Assembly: GCA_973895155.1 (NCBI GenBank)
Contig: OZ316894.1
Coordinates: 11,277,892-11,341,891, forward strand
Reading direction: 5' to 3'
Source of the DNA: Marsupella aquatica
Taxonomy: Eukaryota; Plantae; Marchantiophyta
Length of the DNA: 64,000 nt
This document shows positions 1 through 13,800 of this stretch, in pieces. Below the pieces are notes generated by a model. It had not been told where the DNA came from. It ran no database searches and saw only the letters and a list, made by a program, of their open reading frames with translations. How positions within the stretch are numbered: the first letter of the stretch is position 1; each line of letters begins with the position of its first letter. A program made the position numbers and the translations under genes.

Positions 1-441
1 TAAAAACAATTAAAATATTGGGCCACTCTGACAAAATATTCTATAGTGCTATTGTGGAGAACCTCGAAAGGATTAAAAATGTTAGAAAGATTGTAAGCAT
101 CTTGGTGTAAACACTGATTTTTTCAGTGTTTACATTACTTATACAATTCTTCAAACACAGGAGTGTTGTATGTGGAGTTACAATTAATAAATATCTCACA
201 GGAAAATATTGTAAGCTTTTTTACGTAAACATTTTCTTCTTGATTCATGGTAGGCCCAGGACTTCTTCTCCAATTGGAATTGGGTCGCTCCAGAGAATCG
301 GAGTAGCGGCTGGGAGCATTATACGGAATACCTTTGCAGTACTTTTAATGTATTGAATTCAAGTTGGCATTGCACTGTCTTTAGTTGTGGAGTCTGTGTT
401 TCCCTCTGAAAAGGCAGTCAGACAAAATCTGTGGCCAGGGT

Positions 442-470
442 TGGAATGGAATGGAATGGAATGGAATGGA
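442..470. repeat. (TGGAA)n microsatellite, ~6 copies
   Basis: tggaa repeated directly in the sequence. Confidence 0.9.
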
Positions 471-674
471 GAGGTTACGCTGGTTTTTACTTGTTGGCAA
501 ATGTAATACTAGGTGAAGGAGAATATGCTTAGAATGCTCTTTATCAAAATTCTGTTTATTAATTTCTGACTATCAGACCTCCTGAAGCTTGGATACTGTT
601 ACATTCTGGTTAATGGAAGACAAAAACCCTAACAATTTTTTAGCAAACAGGGCCAACTTTTTAGAGCATGGAAT

Positions 675-1006
675 TGTTGAACTAAGACGTCATTCGTAAC
701 GACCATACAACCATGACTTATTCCATGCACACGTAGTCGACACAATCTCTACGTGGTTCACCTCTTCTCCAAGGCTACGTCCACACGAACACTCAAGCTT
801 TACTTCAAGAGTAAACGAACACACATGCTCTCCCTCTTCCTCAAGTTGCTCCATTACAATGAGAAAGCACCACACACCAGCGGCTTACACTAGCCCTGGT
901 ATATACAAGGTCACACACGACTAACCTAACCTCAGCTAAGACCCTAACTATGGTTAGCCTAAGTGCCGTAACTTTTGAGTCACAAGACTAAGAGCAATCC
1001 TTAATA
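675..1006. mobile_element. Solo LTR, probably Copia-type, 332 bp
   Basis: Starts TGTTGA and ends TTAATA (decayed ..AACA). Flanked by 5-bp direct repeat GGAAT (670-674, 1007-1011). Contains TACGTGGTTCAC..GGCTACGTCCAC. Homologous to 28703-29047. Confidence 0.85.
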
Positions 1007-1013
1007 GGAATGT

Positions 1014-1330
1014 GGCAAATTCTTGTCACTAAACAAAATCCTGACACCTCACAAGTTTTTTGCACTAAGCAAAATGGAGACACCTGGCAAATTTTTGCTT
1101 CTAAACAAAATGCGTACACTTAGTGATTTTGGGCACTAACCAAAATGCTGATTAGAACTGGACCCTCTCGTCTTGATGTACCACCTTTGAGAGCACTTAG
1201 CAAAGTCTTGCAAATAAAATGCTGATGGGAACTGGAGCGTCTCATCTTCAGGTACCACCTTTGGCAAATTTTTGCCACTAAACACAATAGGGATCCCACC
1301 TAGCTAATTTTTGCCACTAAACAAAATGCT
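1014..1330. repeat. Degenerate tandem repeat (GGCAAATTTTTGCCACTAAACAAAATG-like units)
   Basis: Six to seven diverged copies of a cactaa-caaaat core. Confidence 0.65.
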
Positions 1331-2497
1331 CATTGAAACTCGAGGTACAGGGACCTAATGAATTCTGATCTCAAGTTTGTCTAGATGCTGATTAACCTCT
1401 GCATCTCGTCTCGAGTACATGGGCAGAATGAATTCTGATCACAAGTTTGTCTAGAGAGAATCATTAGCTCTTTTCTTGTATGCCCTGATGAGTGATGAGT
1501 GACCAATTTGGCGAGCTACTGTAGTTGCATAATTATTCTTGTTGTTCACTAGGCTATCTACAGTTCACTAGTCTACTGGTCCAGTTTGCTTCTGACGCAG
1601 ACTGAGGTCAGAGGCTGGGGTAAATTCTGATCCCAGGAATCTCACAACCCCTTTTCTTGTGTTTCCTGGCCGAGATTTGCTAAGGAGTGCAGCTTAAAAT
1701 TTATGCTTTTTTCTTTCTAGCTATGGTGGGGAATGTCACCTTGGAGGAATATGAATATGCTAAGCATATTAATTATAACTTTATTTAATCTTGATTTCTG
1801 ACATTATACCTTAGATTTCAGGATACGTCAGATTCTGGCTGATCAAAGACAAAACACTCTCAAATTTTGCTGCGAGTGTCAAAGGCTTTTTATTTGTCTT
1901 GAATGGAAATGATGAAGAATGCTTAGTGGACCCTCATCCCAATAGTGACATACATTCATTGTAGGGAACCCATTTCAGGGTGAGCCCCCCCAGATCTGAA
2001 AGGGACTGCACCTGGAAGGATAGAGTATTTAAGCAAAGCCACAAAGTGGACAATAGCAAAGGCCGGGTAGATAATCAGAACTCCTATCCATTACCTACCA
2101 AACTCATCCCACCCACCCACCCACCCACACATAAACCCTCCACAACCCTGTGTGGTGAGGGAGGATTGAACCTCGCACCTTTCAATTTCTGGCTTCCCCT
2201 GGCCAACTGAAGTGACAAAGGCTTTTGGAATGTTGCAATATTCCCAGTGAAAAGAACGTTGTTGTACTCTTCCAGTAATGATTGAGGTTCTCAAAAGTAG
2301 AGTACAATGGCCATGAAGTACACATTCAATATTTTCTTGTATCAAAGTTAACAAGAAGGGCCCCTTTTTTGCCGGCCTTGCCATGACTAACATAGATTAC
2401 AAGTGACTGCAAGCTGCATTCAAAATGTCATCTAACAGTTGGTTCCTAGTAAAGTAACTTTGTTGGCAATTCTCACTTGCAAAAAGTTATTTTTATG

Positions 2498-2687
2498 TGC
2501 CTCCAAACTTCGGTGAGGGGCATTGAAATGTTTTCTCAACCAAAAGGTTTTCTCAGTCTTTTTTTCTTGATCTTTGCCAAATACAATTTTTTTTTATTTG
2601 CCTCCAAACTTCCGTGAGCGGCATTGAAATGTTTTCTCAACTAAAAGGTTTTCTCAGTCTTTTTTTCTCAACCTTTGCCAAATACAA
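2498..2687. repeat. ~100-bp tandem duplication
   Basis: tgcctccaaactt..ggcattgaaatgttttctcaa..ctttgccaaatacaa occurs at ~2498 and ~2599. Confidence 0.85.
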
Positions 2688-3040
2688 CCATATAACACCG
2701 TCGCCAACCTGAATAATTTATGGCTGTCGTGCCTGGAACTTAATGTCCTTGCAATTTCTCAAAAGTGCAAGCAGATATTTCCACCCCATCACTTTTGTGC
2801 TAAAAGAAACCAGTTAGTTTTTTTTTTTTATGAACCTAATTACCACTACAATGGTATACCGGGTACACATCCAAATAATCAAGTCTAGCTAGGAGGTGTG
2901 TTCCAGTGTGTGTTTTGAGATTGGGGAAGTAAGATTGGACTGCAAGTCAGTTATGATGATGGGAGGTATGCAAGGGATTTCGACATACGATGACCAACAA
3001 TTGCAGCTGATCGAACAGTTAATCAAGCCACAAACAAAAT

Positions 3041-3420
3041 TTATTCATTTATTCTCAAGAAAGTGGACGTACATTAGTTTTAGTTGTCAACCATAGCTAC
3101 TTCCCCCATACTTCCCTACAAACCTGGCCCGCCCCTCACTTTTGCATTTTTACCCTATCCCGCGCCACTCATAATTGTAGGGCCAGGTTTGTATGGGAGT
3201 GTTCAGGGGAGTAGCGCTGGTTGACAACTAAAATATATGTCTGAATACGTTCTTGAAAATAAATAAACAACCCTGGCCCGCCTCTCACTTTTGCATTTTT
3301 GCTTCATCCCCACCACTCACAACTGAAAAAAAAGTATGTCTACTTTCTTGAGAATAAATAAACAAACTGGCCCACGTCTCACTTTTGCATTTTTGCTTCA
3401 TCCCCCACCACTCACAAATT
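3041..3420. repeat. Foldback/MITE-like inverted repeat with internal direct repeats
   Basis: ~90-bp imperfect arms 3041-3130 and 3181-3267 (tagttgtcaacca/tggttgacaacta, acaaacctggccc/gggccaggtttgt). ctggccc..ctcacttttgcattttt recurs at ~3124, ~3273 and ~3367. Confidence 0.7.
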
Positions 3421-4644
3421 GAAGGGGTCAGTGGAATTTCAACCTGTGAGAAGATGAACATTGGCTTCTCTCCTCCAGACGCATGTACTTTATGGGTTGG
3501 TTGCATTGGAACATTTGACAAACGGCAAACTTATCCAGCTCGGATCAGATGTCCACTCTACACTATTCTCTTTAGAAAGACTCCGCTGTGCATATTATAT
3601 TGGAGCAGCATGCTTTTGGCGTTAGGATGGTGAAACATTTCTTGAAAGTTATCGACATATGGCAGGCCTCGTCAATTATGACATCTGTTGCTAGACTCAA
3701 ACGAGTCAGTATATCTTGGCATGGACATTTGTCAGTTCACTCTAATTTGTGTGATATATATAAATATAATTTGTACCCCATCCAATGAAGATTTGGTAGT
3801 AAAGCTCCCTCCAGCTCAAAAAGGCTAGTCACGTATTTGTTGCATGACACGAGTCACCTCTAGGTAGGACTATTGACCAAAACCGCCAGAATCAAAGTTT
3901 GTGCGGCATTTTGGTGGAGTATATGCTTTAATCATTGAATTCATCTCTGACCTTGGGAATTTCAAAGTTTTTCTTTTCTTTCAAGTAACCCAAGGCCCTG
4001 GTATTGCATAGTGTAAAGTGATATTGAGAGAAAGTGTTGTTGAATATAAGTGAGATGACCAGGCAGTCCGATGCTGTGGGCAGGGTGATGGGTTCCGCAT
4101 GGAGAAGGTGCCCAGTGTGCACCCTAGGTTCATCTCATGGTTATGCAAAAATGTCACAATGATTGACTGGTCTCTGCCAGAAATAGATTTCCCAAATATA
4201 TCACCAGACAAAAAAAACAAGATAGGATATTACAATTTGCAGATGTTTTACACCTTGAGGTGACAATCTGGCAAAGTCACCACAAAGGCGAAACTTCTAA
4301 CTTCAATGGTTTTCCTAGTATATATAGACTAAAGGCTCCTTCCTCATCCGCCCTCTTTTCCTCCCAGTACCCGCTTTCGCAGTGAGACGGCAGACTGCAC
4401 CCCTTTTTCAAGAACGGCAATAGAGTGTGAAACAAGGTCTAAAGGAAAGAAAAACAACTATTTACAATCTCCCACGGAAACAGTACAGAAGACCACAATC
4501 TTCAATCTCAACTGTCACAGATTGATTCCTACGGTGGTTCTGGCTTTGCAGGAAGGGTAGCATAATAAGAGTCCACTCTCATGTCATCTGTCCTTGAATT
4601 TCCAGCCCTTATCACTCCCAAAGCTGCTGGGGAAGCAGATTACT

Positions 4645-4960
4645 CTTGTCCAGAAATTCTGTGTAAAGGCTATGTGTGTACTGGTCGTCCTTTGCGACTA
4701 AAGATTATACAGTGCACTGCAACTCATACTTGTCCAGAAAATCTGTGTAAATGCTATGTGTGTACTGCTTGTCCTTTGCAACTAAAGATTATACAGTGCA
4801 ACTCACACTTGTCCAGAAAATCTGTGTAAATGCTATGTGTGTATTGCTTGTCCTTTGCAACTGAAGATTATACAGTGCACTGGAACGCACACTTGTCTAG
4901 AAAATCTGTGTAAATGCTATCTGTGTACTACTAGACTAAAGTTTATAGAGTGCACTGCAG
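4645..4960. repeat. Minisatellite, four ~80-84 bp units
   Basis: cttgtccagaaaatctgtgtaaatgctatgtgtgtact..aagattatacagtgca units start at ~4645, 4728, 4808 and 4892. Confidence 0.9.
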
Positions 4961-5589
4961 CGGGTTATCCCCCTCTCTTATCCCCCTCTCTGCAAAATGT
5001 TGCATTTGTTCTTTTGTTTTACTTTTTGCAGTTTGAGGTTGGGACCTGCAAGGCCAAAAAGTTCCTAGCACTTGCCGTTGAAAATGCAAATTTTTTGCCT
5101 TCAGGCCTGGCACACGAGGGGGTTGAGGCTGGTTTCTCTCTATGATATGGTGGCTTGGATCTCACATGCGAGTTGGGTCTACAAATTTCCAGAAACCTTA
5201 GTACCATGGTACATTCGTTTTTTACAATGATGCTGCTGTTGCTTTCTATCGTGTAAATGAGAGAAGATGGCTCACTTGATTCTGGTAGGCTTGTTGAACC
5301 AGAGGCATGAGCAATGTCAGCAATGCTGTCGCTATCGAGGTCCTTCCTCTCAACCATCCACAGGTTTGCCTCCTTCGGAATATCCAACTTGTTGGAAAGC
5401 CCCCAGACGGATTATTGTGGACATCATGTTCAATAATTTTCTCGAACAAAATTGTCGTAGTCGTTTGTTAAATTTTACGCATCCAGCTTTCCTGAAGGAC
5501 AGACATAAAAAAATCCAGTTTCATTTTCTTCTAGTTTGCCAAGGTACTGCAAGCTTCAAAAGTAACCATCTTGACCTCCTTGTTCTACT

Positions 5590-6250
5590 TCTCTAATAAA
5601 ATCTCGTGCGCCAAAACATTCTGATGCACCCAATTCTATTTCCCAAACTGAACCTGCGTCCATTTCCATATGTTGCAGGTAATCCTCGAGTGTTCATTTT
5701 GTCAAATTTCGTGCACAAAGTTCCTGGTGGAAGCTTTGCCCTCTTTACATCTCGAGCTGCATCCAACTCCGAATCTAGTTGTTCACCCTCTCTTTTCTGC
5801 TTTCCTTTTGCCTTTATATTGTGTTTGAATCCGTCTGCATTAGGTTTTTTAGTGGACACGCGACACCTTTATCGTGGAACAGCAACCTTACCCATGCTTG
5901 GTAAGCCCTTCCTATTTTTACAATATATAGTCTCAATCCCGACCCTCTGGGAGCCATGCAATGCTTCTGCAAGTTGGAGCCTTGACCTGAAATCGTTGCC
6001 CTGGCGCACCGTGGAATCTGTTGAACCTGTTCAAAGGCCATGCGCTTCACCGTTTTCGCTTCGCCTGTCTCTCGCCCAATGCAGAATTAGGGGCGACAGC
6101 TTCTTGAACAACACGAGCTCTCTTTCTTGAACGTTCGACCGGTATTCCTCCTCAGACTTCTGGAATTCCATTAAGGACATCTCCAATTCATCGAGGATCT
6201 CCCTGATAGCCAGTTTAAGATTAGACTCTGTTTCGATCTTTTAGAGTTGG
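5590..6250 (-). pseudogene. Decayed ORF of unknown, probably TE-derived protein (charged, helical)
   Basis: One minus frame reads KIETESNLKLAIREILDELEMSLMEFQKSEEEYRSNVQERELVLFKK..STKKPNADGFKH.. with a few stops; no family recognised. Confidence 0.3.
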
Positions 6251-8331
6251 TTTGTCAATAGGGTTTGGGGTCCGTCCTTACAGCGCTTGTGAAGGGAATT
6301 AGCCTCTATAGTACAGAAATTGGTGGAAAAGGACTATTTGATGGAATGAGTATCCGGTTAAGATGCATTACACACCTTTAACAGGGACAATTATATTGTT
6401 TGTAAAATTCGCAGTGTTATGAAACAGATAGCAGCTTCCATAGGCGTACAGAACTTATTGATTCAGAAATGAACAAATAACACACAGGCTATAGCTCAAA
6501 TTAAGCACAACGATAATAGTGTGTGCAAAAAATATGTCAATGACATTTTGGGCGAGCTCCAGAATCTTAAAGCAGGAGAGGGCTTACAGCTACGTGGAGA
6601 GTTACTACACAAGAAGTTTGAGAGTTCCCAGACATTTGGGTCAATCTGGAGGGGACGCTTAGACAAGCTGTTCTAGCTCAGTCAGTTGATACTCCAAATT
6701 TTGAGATCTGGGAGCCGGAATGCAGACGTCTGTGACTATGTACAGTAGCTTCTAAAGTAAATCTGAATCGTGTGCATGTCTTCACTAATTGCTCGCTCGC
6801 AATTGAGTCTTTAGTTGATACTTTTGATTGAGCTAGACAGTTCCTAGATTGGTTCATAAAGAACACAGTGTTTACATGACTAGAGTAAATGGACCTAGGA
6901 AGTAATGCTACACTTCAAAAGTCTGAGGTTTTCAGGCAACCTGCTGAGGTAAAGAATGCTCTCGTTGTGGTAGCTATCTTGGTGCTTTTTAATTCATTGC
7001 TTGTCCATTGTAGAACGCTTCATGCATTACGTAACATCTGTTAGATTCTTAATTCATTTAAGCAACGAGGCAGACGAGTCATGGCGAGTTTTATCTGGGA
7101 ATCCCTGCTTTCATTCGTTATGTAAGCCTGGGAGCTAGTTAAGGTTTCAGTGGAATAAGTAGGTTTTTCTCCTTTTCTATTTTATCAAGCTAGCTTACTG
7201 ACTCGAAGATGGAAGTCTGGCACAGCAAAGCTCACTCTACATAAGCTTCTGCTGAGACTACGCTCATGAAGCGGGACGACATCATGACATAGATGCTAAA
7301 GTAATCGTCAGTAAGGAACACAGACTATAAGTGCAACTAAAGGATAGTGACCAATCAGAGTTACCAGTGAGTAGGAGGCTTTTGGCGAGCTCATCGGATT
7401 TAGGGTTTCAATCCTTGTGGCCTAAGAAGCAGAATAGGAGCAAAACAGTGTCGATCCAGATTGCAGACGTTCTCTAACGCTGATCGTTTTCTTTGTTACA
7501 GAAGTTTGTGTAATCTCATTTGATAAATTTTGAACCAGAATCGACTTATTTAATTTCAAGATTGTGACCAGGGTCAATTTGAGAACAAGGCTACCCCAGT
7601 TCGTTGCTAGACATGATTTGCTATCTTGGAGTATGTCCAGGATTAACCTGGTAAGCAACTGGTGCTCTTCCAGCCCCCAATCGAAAAAGTATTGGTCGAC
7701 CACAGGGGAAGAATACCTGACTCAATTAATACCTACAGAGAGATGACCTACACAATGCTACACATCACGTCAATTACCCATATTTATCTACAACGAGTGG
7801 AGGTCATACGAAGCTGGAGGGGATGCCAACTTTAAGTGAGGCTTGAAACCATGAAACGCTCGATGCAGATACCCGGAGTCATCTAGCACTTGATGCAGAT
7901 ACACAAAATCCTGACGTGATGCATTCTTGCACCTTGCTCAACTTTTTCGAAGTCCATCAATATTATTCTGAAATGGTGCAACTAAGGTGTTTCCAGTGAG
8001 TCTTATGGTATGATCTGTTTCTTTTGTGGGGGTAGAGTCGCTCGCTTTGCTCAATATTTCTTTTACTTTCCTAGCGTTGATGACGCATGTCGAGTGAACG
8101 GCACAAAGGTTTGCTTGCCTGTATTACAGGGAACTTTCATTGGTATCTTGTCATTAGACGGTTGGAATTTTACTGCACATCTATCCATAGATTTTACTGT
8201 CATCATCAATTAGTGGTCCGAAATTATGTTGGCCAGTTTTATTTTATCTGAAATGTTGTACCAATGGTAACTTGATATACAAACAAGAAGAACGGTCTCA
8301 GACATTCGCTTCAGGAAAAGAATCGAGTTAG

Positions 8332-8415
8332 AGATTCAGCTGACATGAATTCTTATTGGATAATAGGACCCAGAGATTCACCCTGACATGAATTCTTATT
8401 GGATAATAGGACCCA
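8332..8415. repeat. ~43-bp tandem duplication
   Basis: agattca..ctgacatgaattcttattggataataggaccca occurs twice. Confidence 0.85.
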
Positions 8416-9175
8416 AAGACATCTTGCTTTGGATTGTTGATAGATTTTCGTTAGCTCTGCGAGCAGACCTGACTTTTTCTAGAGTTCAACTTGGTCGTTT
8501 GACTTGGCAATCTTCTGGGGCCTTTTCAATTATGTTGCAGACATCCTTACCTCGCAAATGAAACATGTATCTGATGCATTCTGTTCGTGCCTCCGACATC
8601 AAATTCTTGCTTGTTTAAAAAACAAAGCAGATTCAAATTCGCCACCATAAATCAGGACCGCAGGTAAATAATGGAGATTTGTAATCAGAAAACAAAGGAT
8701 AAACCTATAAATATTCTATATCAGTTCAGATTCTGAACAAACAGAACCATAGCTTATAGCTTAGACTCAAAATGTAGAGGACCACGAAGCAAACTGGATC
8801 GAGAGTTAAGGGAAAATGTCTGCGATGTTAATAAGAAAAGCTGAAATACATGAGAGGCTGGTCAATAGTTACAGCATCTTCGTGTCCTACTTGGAATGTG
8901 ATTTATATTCTTATCTTATCTTATGTGTTATAACAATCATTCAACAACGGTGGATGAGTTCACGGAGAAAAGAAAGTAGAGGAGGCCAATCCAAGATCGG
9001 ACTGCCGTTTCGTTTCAGGGGAATCTAAATTGCAAACCTCAGAAGAGGGTCACTGAAAAGACTGCGGGTCAAAACAACAAGAACACAGGGTAGATCACGA
9101 GATTGACGGTAGTTCTAATCTGGTGAAACAGAGAGTTTATAATGTACTGTAATTTGCTGCTACCCCGACCAGAGA

Positions 9176-9256
9176 GTCAATATGGCCGAGTTGGTCTAAG
9201 GCGCCAGTTTCAGGTACTGGTCCGAAAGGGCGTGGGTTCGAATCCCACTGTTGACA
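9176..9256 (+). tRNA. tRNA-Leu(CAG), nuclear, intronless
   Basis: Acceptor stem GTCAATA/TGTTGAC + A; A-box TGGCCGAGTTGG; anticodon arm CCAGT-TT-CAG-GT-ACTGG; long variable arm (CCGAAAGG); T-arm GTGGGTTCGAATCCCAC; no encoded CCA. Confidence 0.97.
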
Positions 9257-10667
9257 TTTGCGTCTCCTCCTGCTGCTTTTGCAAACAATTTAAGAAGCAA
9301 GGTGTGACTGGAGCTCGATTTTATATTTTTTCTGAGTAGACTAAGAGAAAAGGAGGTGCACACAAGTCTAATTGGAGCTCGATTTAACATTTGTTTTAAG
9401 ACGGATGTAAGAGGTACACATCAGTCTGGCTGAAGCTCCATGTTTACATTATGGAGGAAGTTAGGAGCCACCTGAATGGGCGTTTCATTTGACAGATGCA
9501 AAGATAAACCTGAACTTTTGAGTGCGAATTGTACTGTAGGTGACTTGGGGTGAGTACTCCGTGGTGTTCTATTCAAATTGATTGTCATGCCTATTTTGTA
9601 AGAATGATGTTGTTACATTCTTTGCCTAGTGTTCCAGGGACAACTCATGAGAATGGTGGGCTTCAACTCCATCTAGTTTCGGATAGAGGTTGTAATTATT
9701 ACTGGCGATAACCATTCATGAGGAACGTGGTATGATATATTGTCCAAAGTCTATGCCTATTTCTTTCATTGGTCTTGAAAATCCAGCTTGAATTTAACAC
9801 AACCTTACTAAGAAAAGTAGTAGATGGATGTCAAGTATATGTTTTGGTCAGATAAATGAGTCACTCCACCCTAGTCCAGAGTGGGCTCTGATGGCTCTTT
9901 CTTGCTGGCAAGTAACTCCCAACAATGGATTGATGAAGCACGTCATTGAGATCTCAGCCCACCTTGTTATAATTGCAGCTGTGAAATCCAGACCAACTAC
10001 CTACCTTGAGATTAATCTGGCAAGGATGGTTGATTGTGAGAGACTGGCTGCCTAAACATGAGGTGTTTTGGCTGCCAGGGACATGGACGCTCTTTCTCAA
10101 TTGGTGCTATAGCATGGTAAGTTCTTGTCTGCAGCCTGCTTAGAGTAAAAAGTTAGATCCCCCAACATAACTAGGTAAATGTATTTTTAGATTGAAGCCT
10201 CCATTGATCACAAAGTTTGACAAGATGTTCAGATGAACTCTTGGAACTGGCATGGACCCCCCCTGAAACATTATTAATTACTCAGACATTATATTGTTCT
10301 GTACAAACGGCCGCTTTTGGGGTCAAGAAATGCTGAGGTTAGACATCGTGATCCATCTAAACTTCAACTTAAAACATTGTGGGCAGTATTCTAGGGCAGG
10401 GGAAAAAAATGGTGGGCACTGATTTTCCTCTGACTTTGAAAAAACTAATTAGTAAACCGCCACTTATTCTTGCACTTATTGTTGAGGTTTTGGACCTCGT
10501 CAGTTTAAAATGGATGGTTTGGGCCTATCTCAATGGGTCACGGTAACTGCACATCAAAACATGACATGTGCTCCCTAATTGCAAATCAAAATATGTAACT
10601 GTACATCAAAAAATGATATGTGCTAGGTAATTGCAAATCAAAATAAGACATATACAGCTTACAACAG

Positions 10668-10881
10668 TCTTCCATACCATGATAAACATCGTTATTTCTT
10701 TAAATCAATGAGTGCACACCTTATTACCAGAGTAAATCTAGTAAATCACAACATTCTTCCATACCATGATAAACATCCTTATTTTATTTTAAATTAATTA
10801 TTTTCTTTAAATCAGTGAGTGCACACCTTATTACCAGAGTCAATCTAGTAAATGAATCAGTGCAAACCTTATTACCAGAGT
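10668..10881. repeat. Local duplications
   Basis: tcttccataccatgataaacatc twice; gtgcacaccttattaccagagt-type block three times. Confidence 0.75.
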
Positions 10882-13800
10882 GATCTCAACAGGTCCATTA
10901 GAAATTTAGAACGCTTTGCATTGCATTTGGCATTTGGGCATTAAGTCGATGCCACTTCATCCTTTCTTATCTTCATTGGCAATGTGCTGAAAAGTCCACC
11001 AGAAAGCAAACACGGAGTCTACTGTAGCAAAATATCCCTGCCCGTCTGCAACTAACGAGGTGTTGACCCCGACTCACACACTCCAAGCCTTAAACCGTGG
11101 CATTCTCTTCCATTAACAAAAATAATATTAAACAATCCACAATTATTTCTATTCCCAATCCCCAGAAGCACGTAATCTGTATGAGTGTATGACGTTGCGT
11201 CGTCACTGTACATAATTAAGTATACTTATGTATGTTAAGCTGTAGAGGAGGGTTGATGGATAGGGTGGGAGAAATTGCCTCCCTGAAATCCTGAATCCTG
11301 AATCCCTGACGACCCGGCCGTCCCTCACGGATATCCTCGGTTTCTGTTTCATCGATGTGAGTCATCTGACTGTAGTAAATTGTTGTGTGGGTAATTATGT
11401 CTTGCGCAATTCAGAGATTGACTCATTACGTTCTGAGTCGTATAGGCAGTGCAAGGCCTCAAGCATGCACTGTCACGTTGGATTTCAACCCATAGCAAGC
11501 AAGTTTGGGAGCTTGCTGATCCCTTGTCACGAGGGCTGCTTATCCTGTGTCACGAGGGCTGCTGATCCTCTGTCAGTGTGGCTGTCGTTTGTCGCCAATC
11601 GCATGAGTATTGTCTTGGGCATCAGCAAGCCTCTCGTTCATCTCGGAGACGACAGGCTGCCGAGTAAACCGTGCCTCTTGTATGCACGAGCCTCCTTTTC
11701 TGTGGAGTGTGGACCCCAGTATTACCTCCACTCTCTCTCTGTCTCGATTTCTCGATCTCTCTCTCTTTCTAAGCCACTTGTCCTTTATGCTCAACCTGAT
11801 CGCTGATGAGCTGAGAATGTACGACAGTAATCGAAGCCCACTGGTCATCTTGACATCGTGTGCTTCAGGGATATGGTTCGTTTCTGGGAATTGAGCGAGC
11901 TAGCCACTATTAAAGTTTGTGTCACACCCGAATGGAAAGAGTAACTCCCTGTGAAGCTACGGTGGTAATGATTGTGTTAGCATGGTTTTGGGTGGATCAA
12001 ACTTTTCGAAAAAAATTGGATTCCACCAAGCTGTCATAATTCTTTGAGGGCCCAAAAAGTCACTACATTTTAGCCTGCAATTTTTTTCATTAGGTCAAAG
12101 CACCCCCTTCTCTTCTTTTCCCCAATTTTTTCTTTTCATTTCCCCAAATGAATTTCTTTGATTTTATTTGTTTATATCTTTTTATTCCCCTCCCTCCTGG
12201 AACCTCAATTTATTAGGTGCTTTTGGCTTATCCAAGGGTGATAGTAAATTGTGATATTATTGGAGGGTCAGGATCTTGTCCCGATTTTTTAGCATTCTGC
12301 AAGCAAAGTATCTGGGTTGGGACGGGATTGCATATTATAGAAGAACTATATAATATATTATGTAATGAGTTTCGAAGTTGGAGTCAAGGAATTATTGAAT
12401 GCTTGTTTCTCCTGAAAAGGATCTTTTCTCCTGCCCAGAAGTCACTCAGGAGTGTTTGTTTGTTTGCTTGCCTGTTCTGAAAGATCCAAACAGCGAGGTT
12501 GAACCGCTTGAACAGCATCTATGGAAGACTAGTACTAGAGTAGTGGAGTCGCTTGGTTTCCAAGATTGAGTCACGTGCCTTTCACGTTGGACTCTAAACT
12601 AGAGCACAGGTCTGGCTAGTATACGTTTGACTTTAAATCCTGGAGTCTTTTCTACTTTATATTTATATTTATATGTTTTTGTTTTTTAAATAACATAGTT
12701 TCTTCCTCAAGTTTCTAACGTTCAAGCCCTGTGCTGTCTATGAGAAAGTAATCACTTTCCTCCACTGGTGAATCACAGGATAGTGGGTTTAGAGACAGAC
12801 TTGATTGTGTGGAGCAAGCTAGTGTGTATATCAAACTCTCACAAAAGAAGGACTTCAATGGGGCAAGCTACTGTGTATATCTAACTCACACAAAACAAAA
12901 TCACTGTCAAACTGGACCCAATAAAGGAGGAGAAAACAAGAGGGGAGAAAAGGAGGAAAACAAATAGCTCGAAAGCCTTAGAGTTCCTAACAATGGCAAG
13001 AAAACTAAAACCCAACTAAGGAACAAACTGAAAAGCCTTGTAAAGATCCAGAGTACAGTGAGTAGGAGGATCACAGAGAAGCAGTTGTTTAAAGGCCCTG
13101 AAGGCAAGCTAATGGGAACTAGGCTCTGGCTTAGTATTATTGGATATACAGACAATTTCCAGCCCCAGTTGGCATAGACTTCCAAGTTCTAATACTGTTT
13201 AAACACATGAGCCAACCAACCATAATTTGAGATGACCCAATACTCGTGCACCAACATTCTTTGCCTAGCTGTACAGCAGTACAATCCAAACCTTTTAACC
13301 TTCCAATCACTACTTGGGACACTACACCCATACTAGATTACTAGTTAGTCCCTTCCTCCAAAAGTTTATCAACTTGTGTCCAACACCATATGTGCACCGC
13401 AAACAAACCCCCCTCTCTTTGCCTTCCCTTTCTGTCACCATCTTTTCTACTTACCCTACCCTTTTCTTTGTCCGAACCAAAGCCAGCCTTGACACCCATT
13501 TCAGCCTATCCAACTGTGCCAAGAAAACCTCACAAAACTGGGATGATTGTGTTTTGTTTCTATCTGCCAAAATTTGCATGGTCACCCTGGGCATGTTTTT
13601 TCAATGAAATCTACTTCATAATCGGGAGCTAATTACGCTATTTTCAGGGCCTACATCTAGAGTGAAGCCTCTAAACCTAGTCTCCTAGGACCTAACTCTC
13701 CTAGGGCCTAACTTTGTTAGGTGTGAGAGTGGAAACCGAGAATAGGTGGAAACCGAGAATTGATTTTTACAGAAGAAGGGCCCCATTAGATGTACACATG

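Noticed and set aside
9142-9339. 65-aa ORF overlapping the tRNA
   Set aside because: Incidental reading frame across the tRNA-Leu gene.
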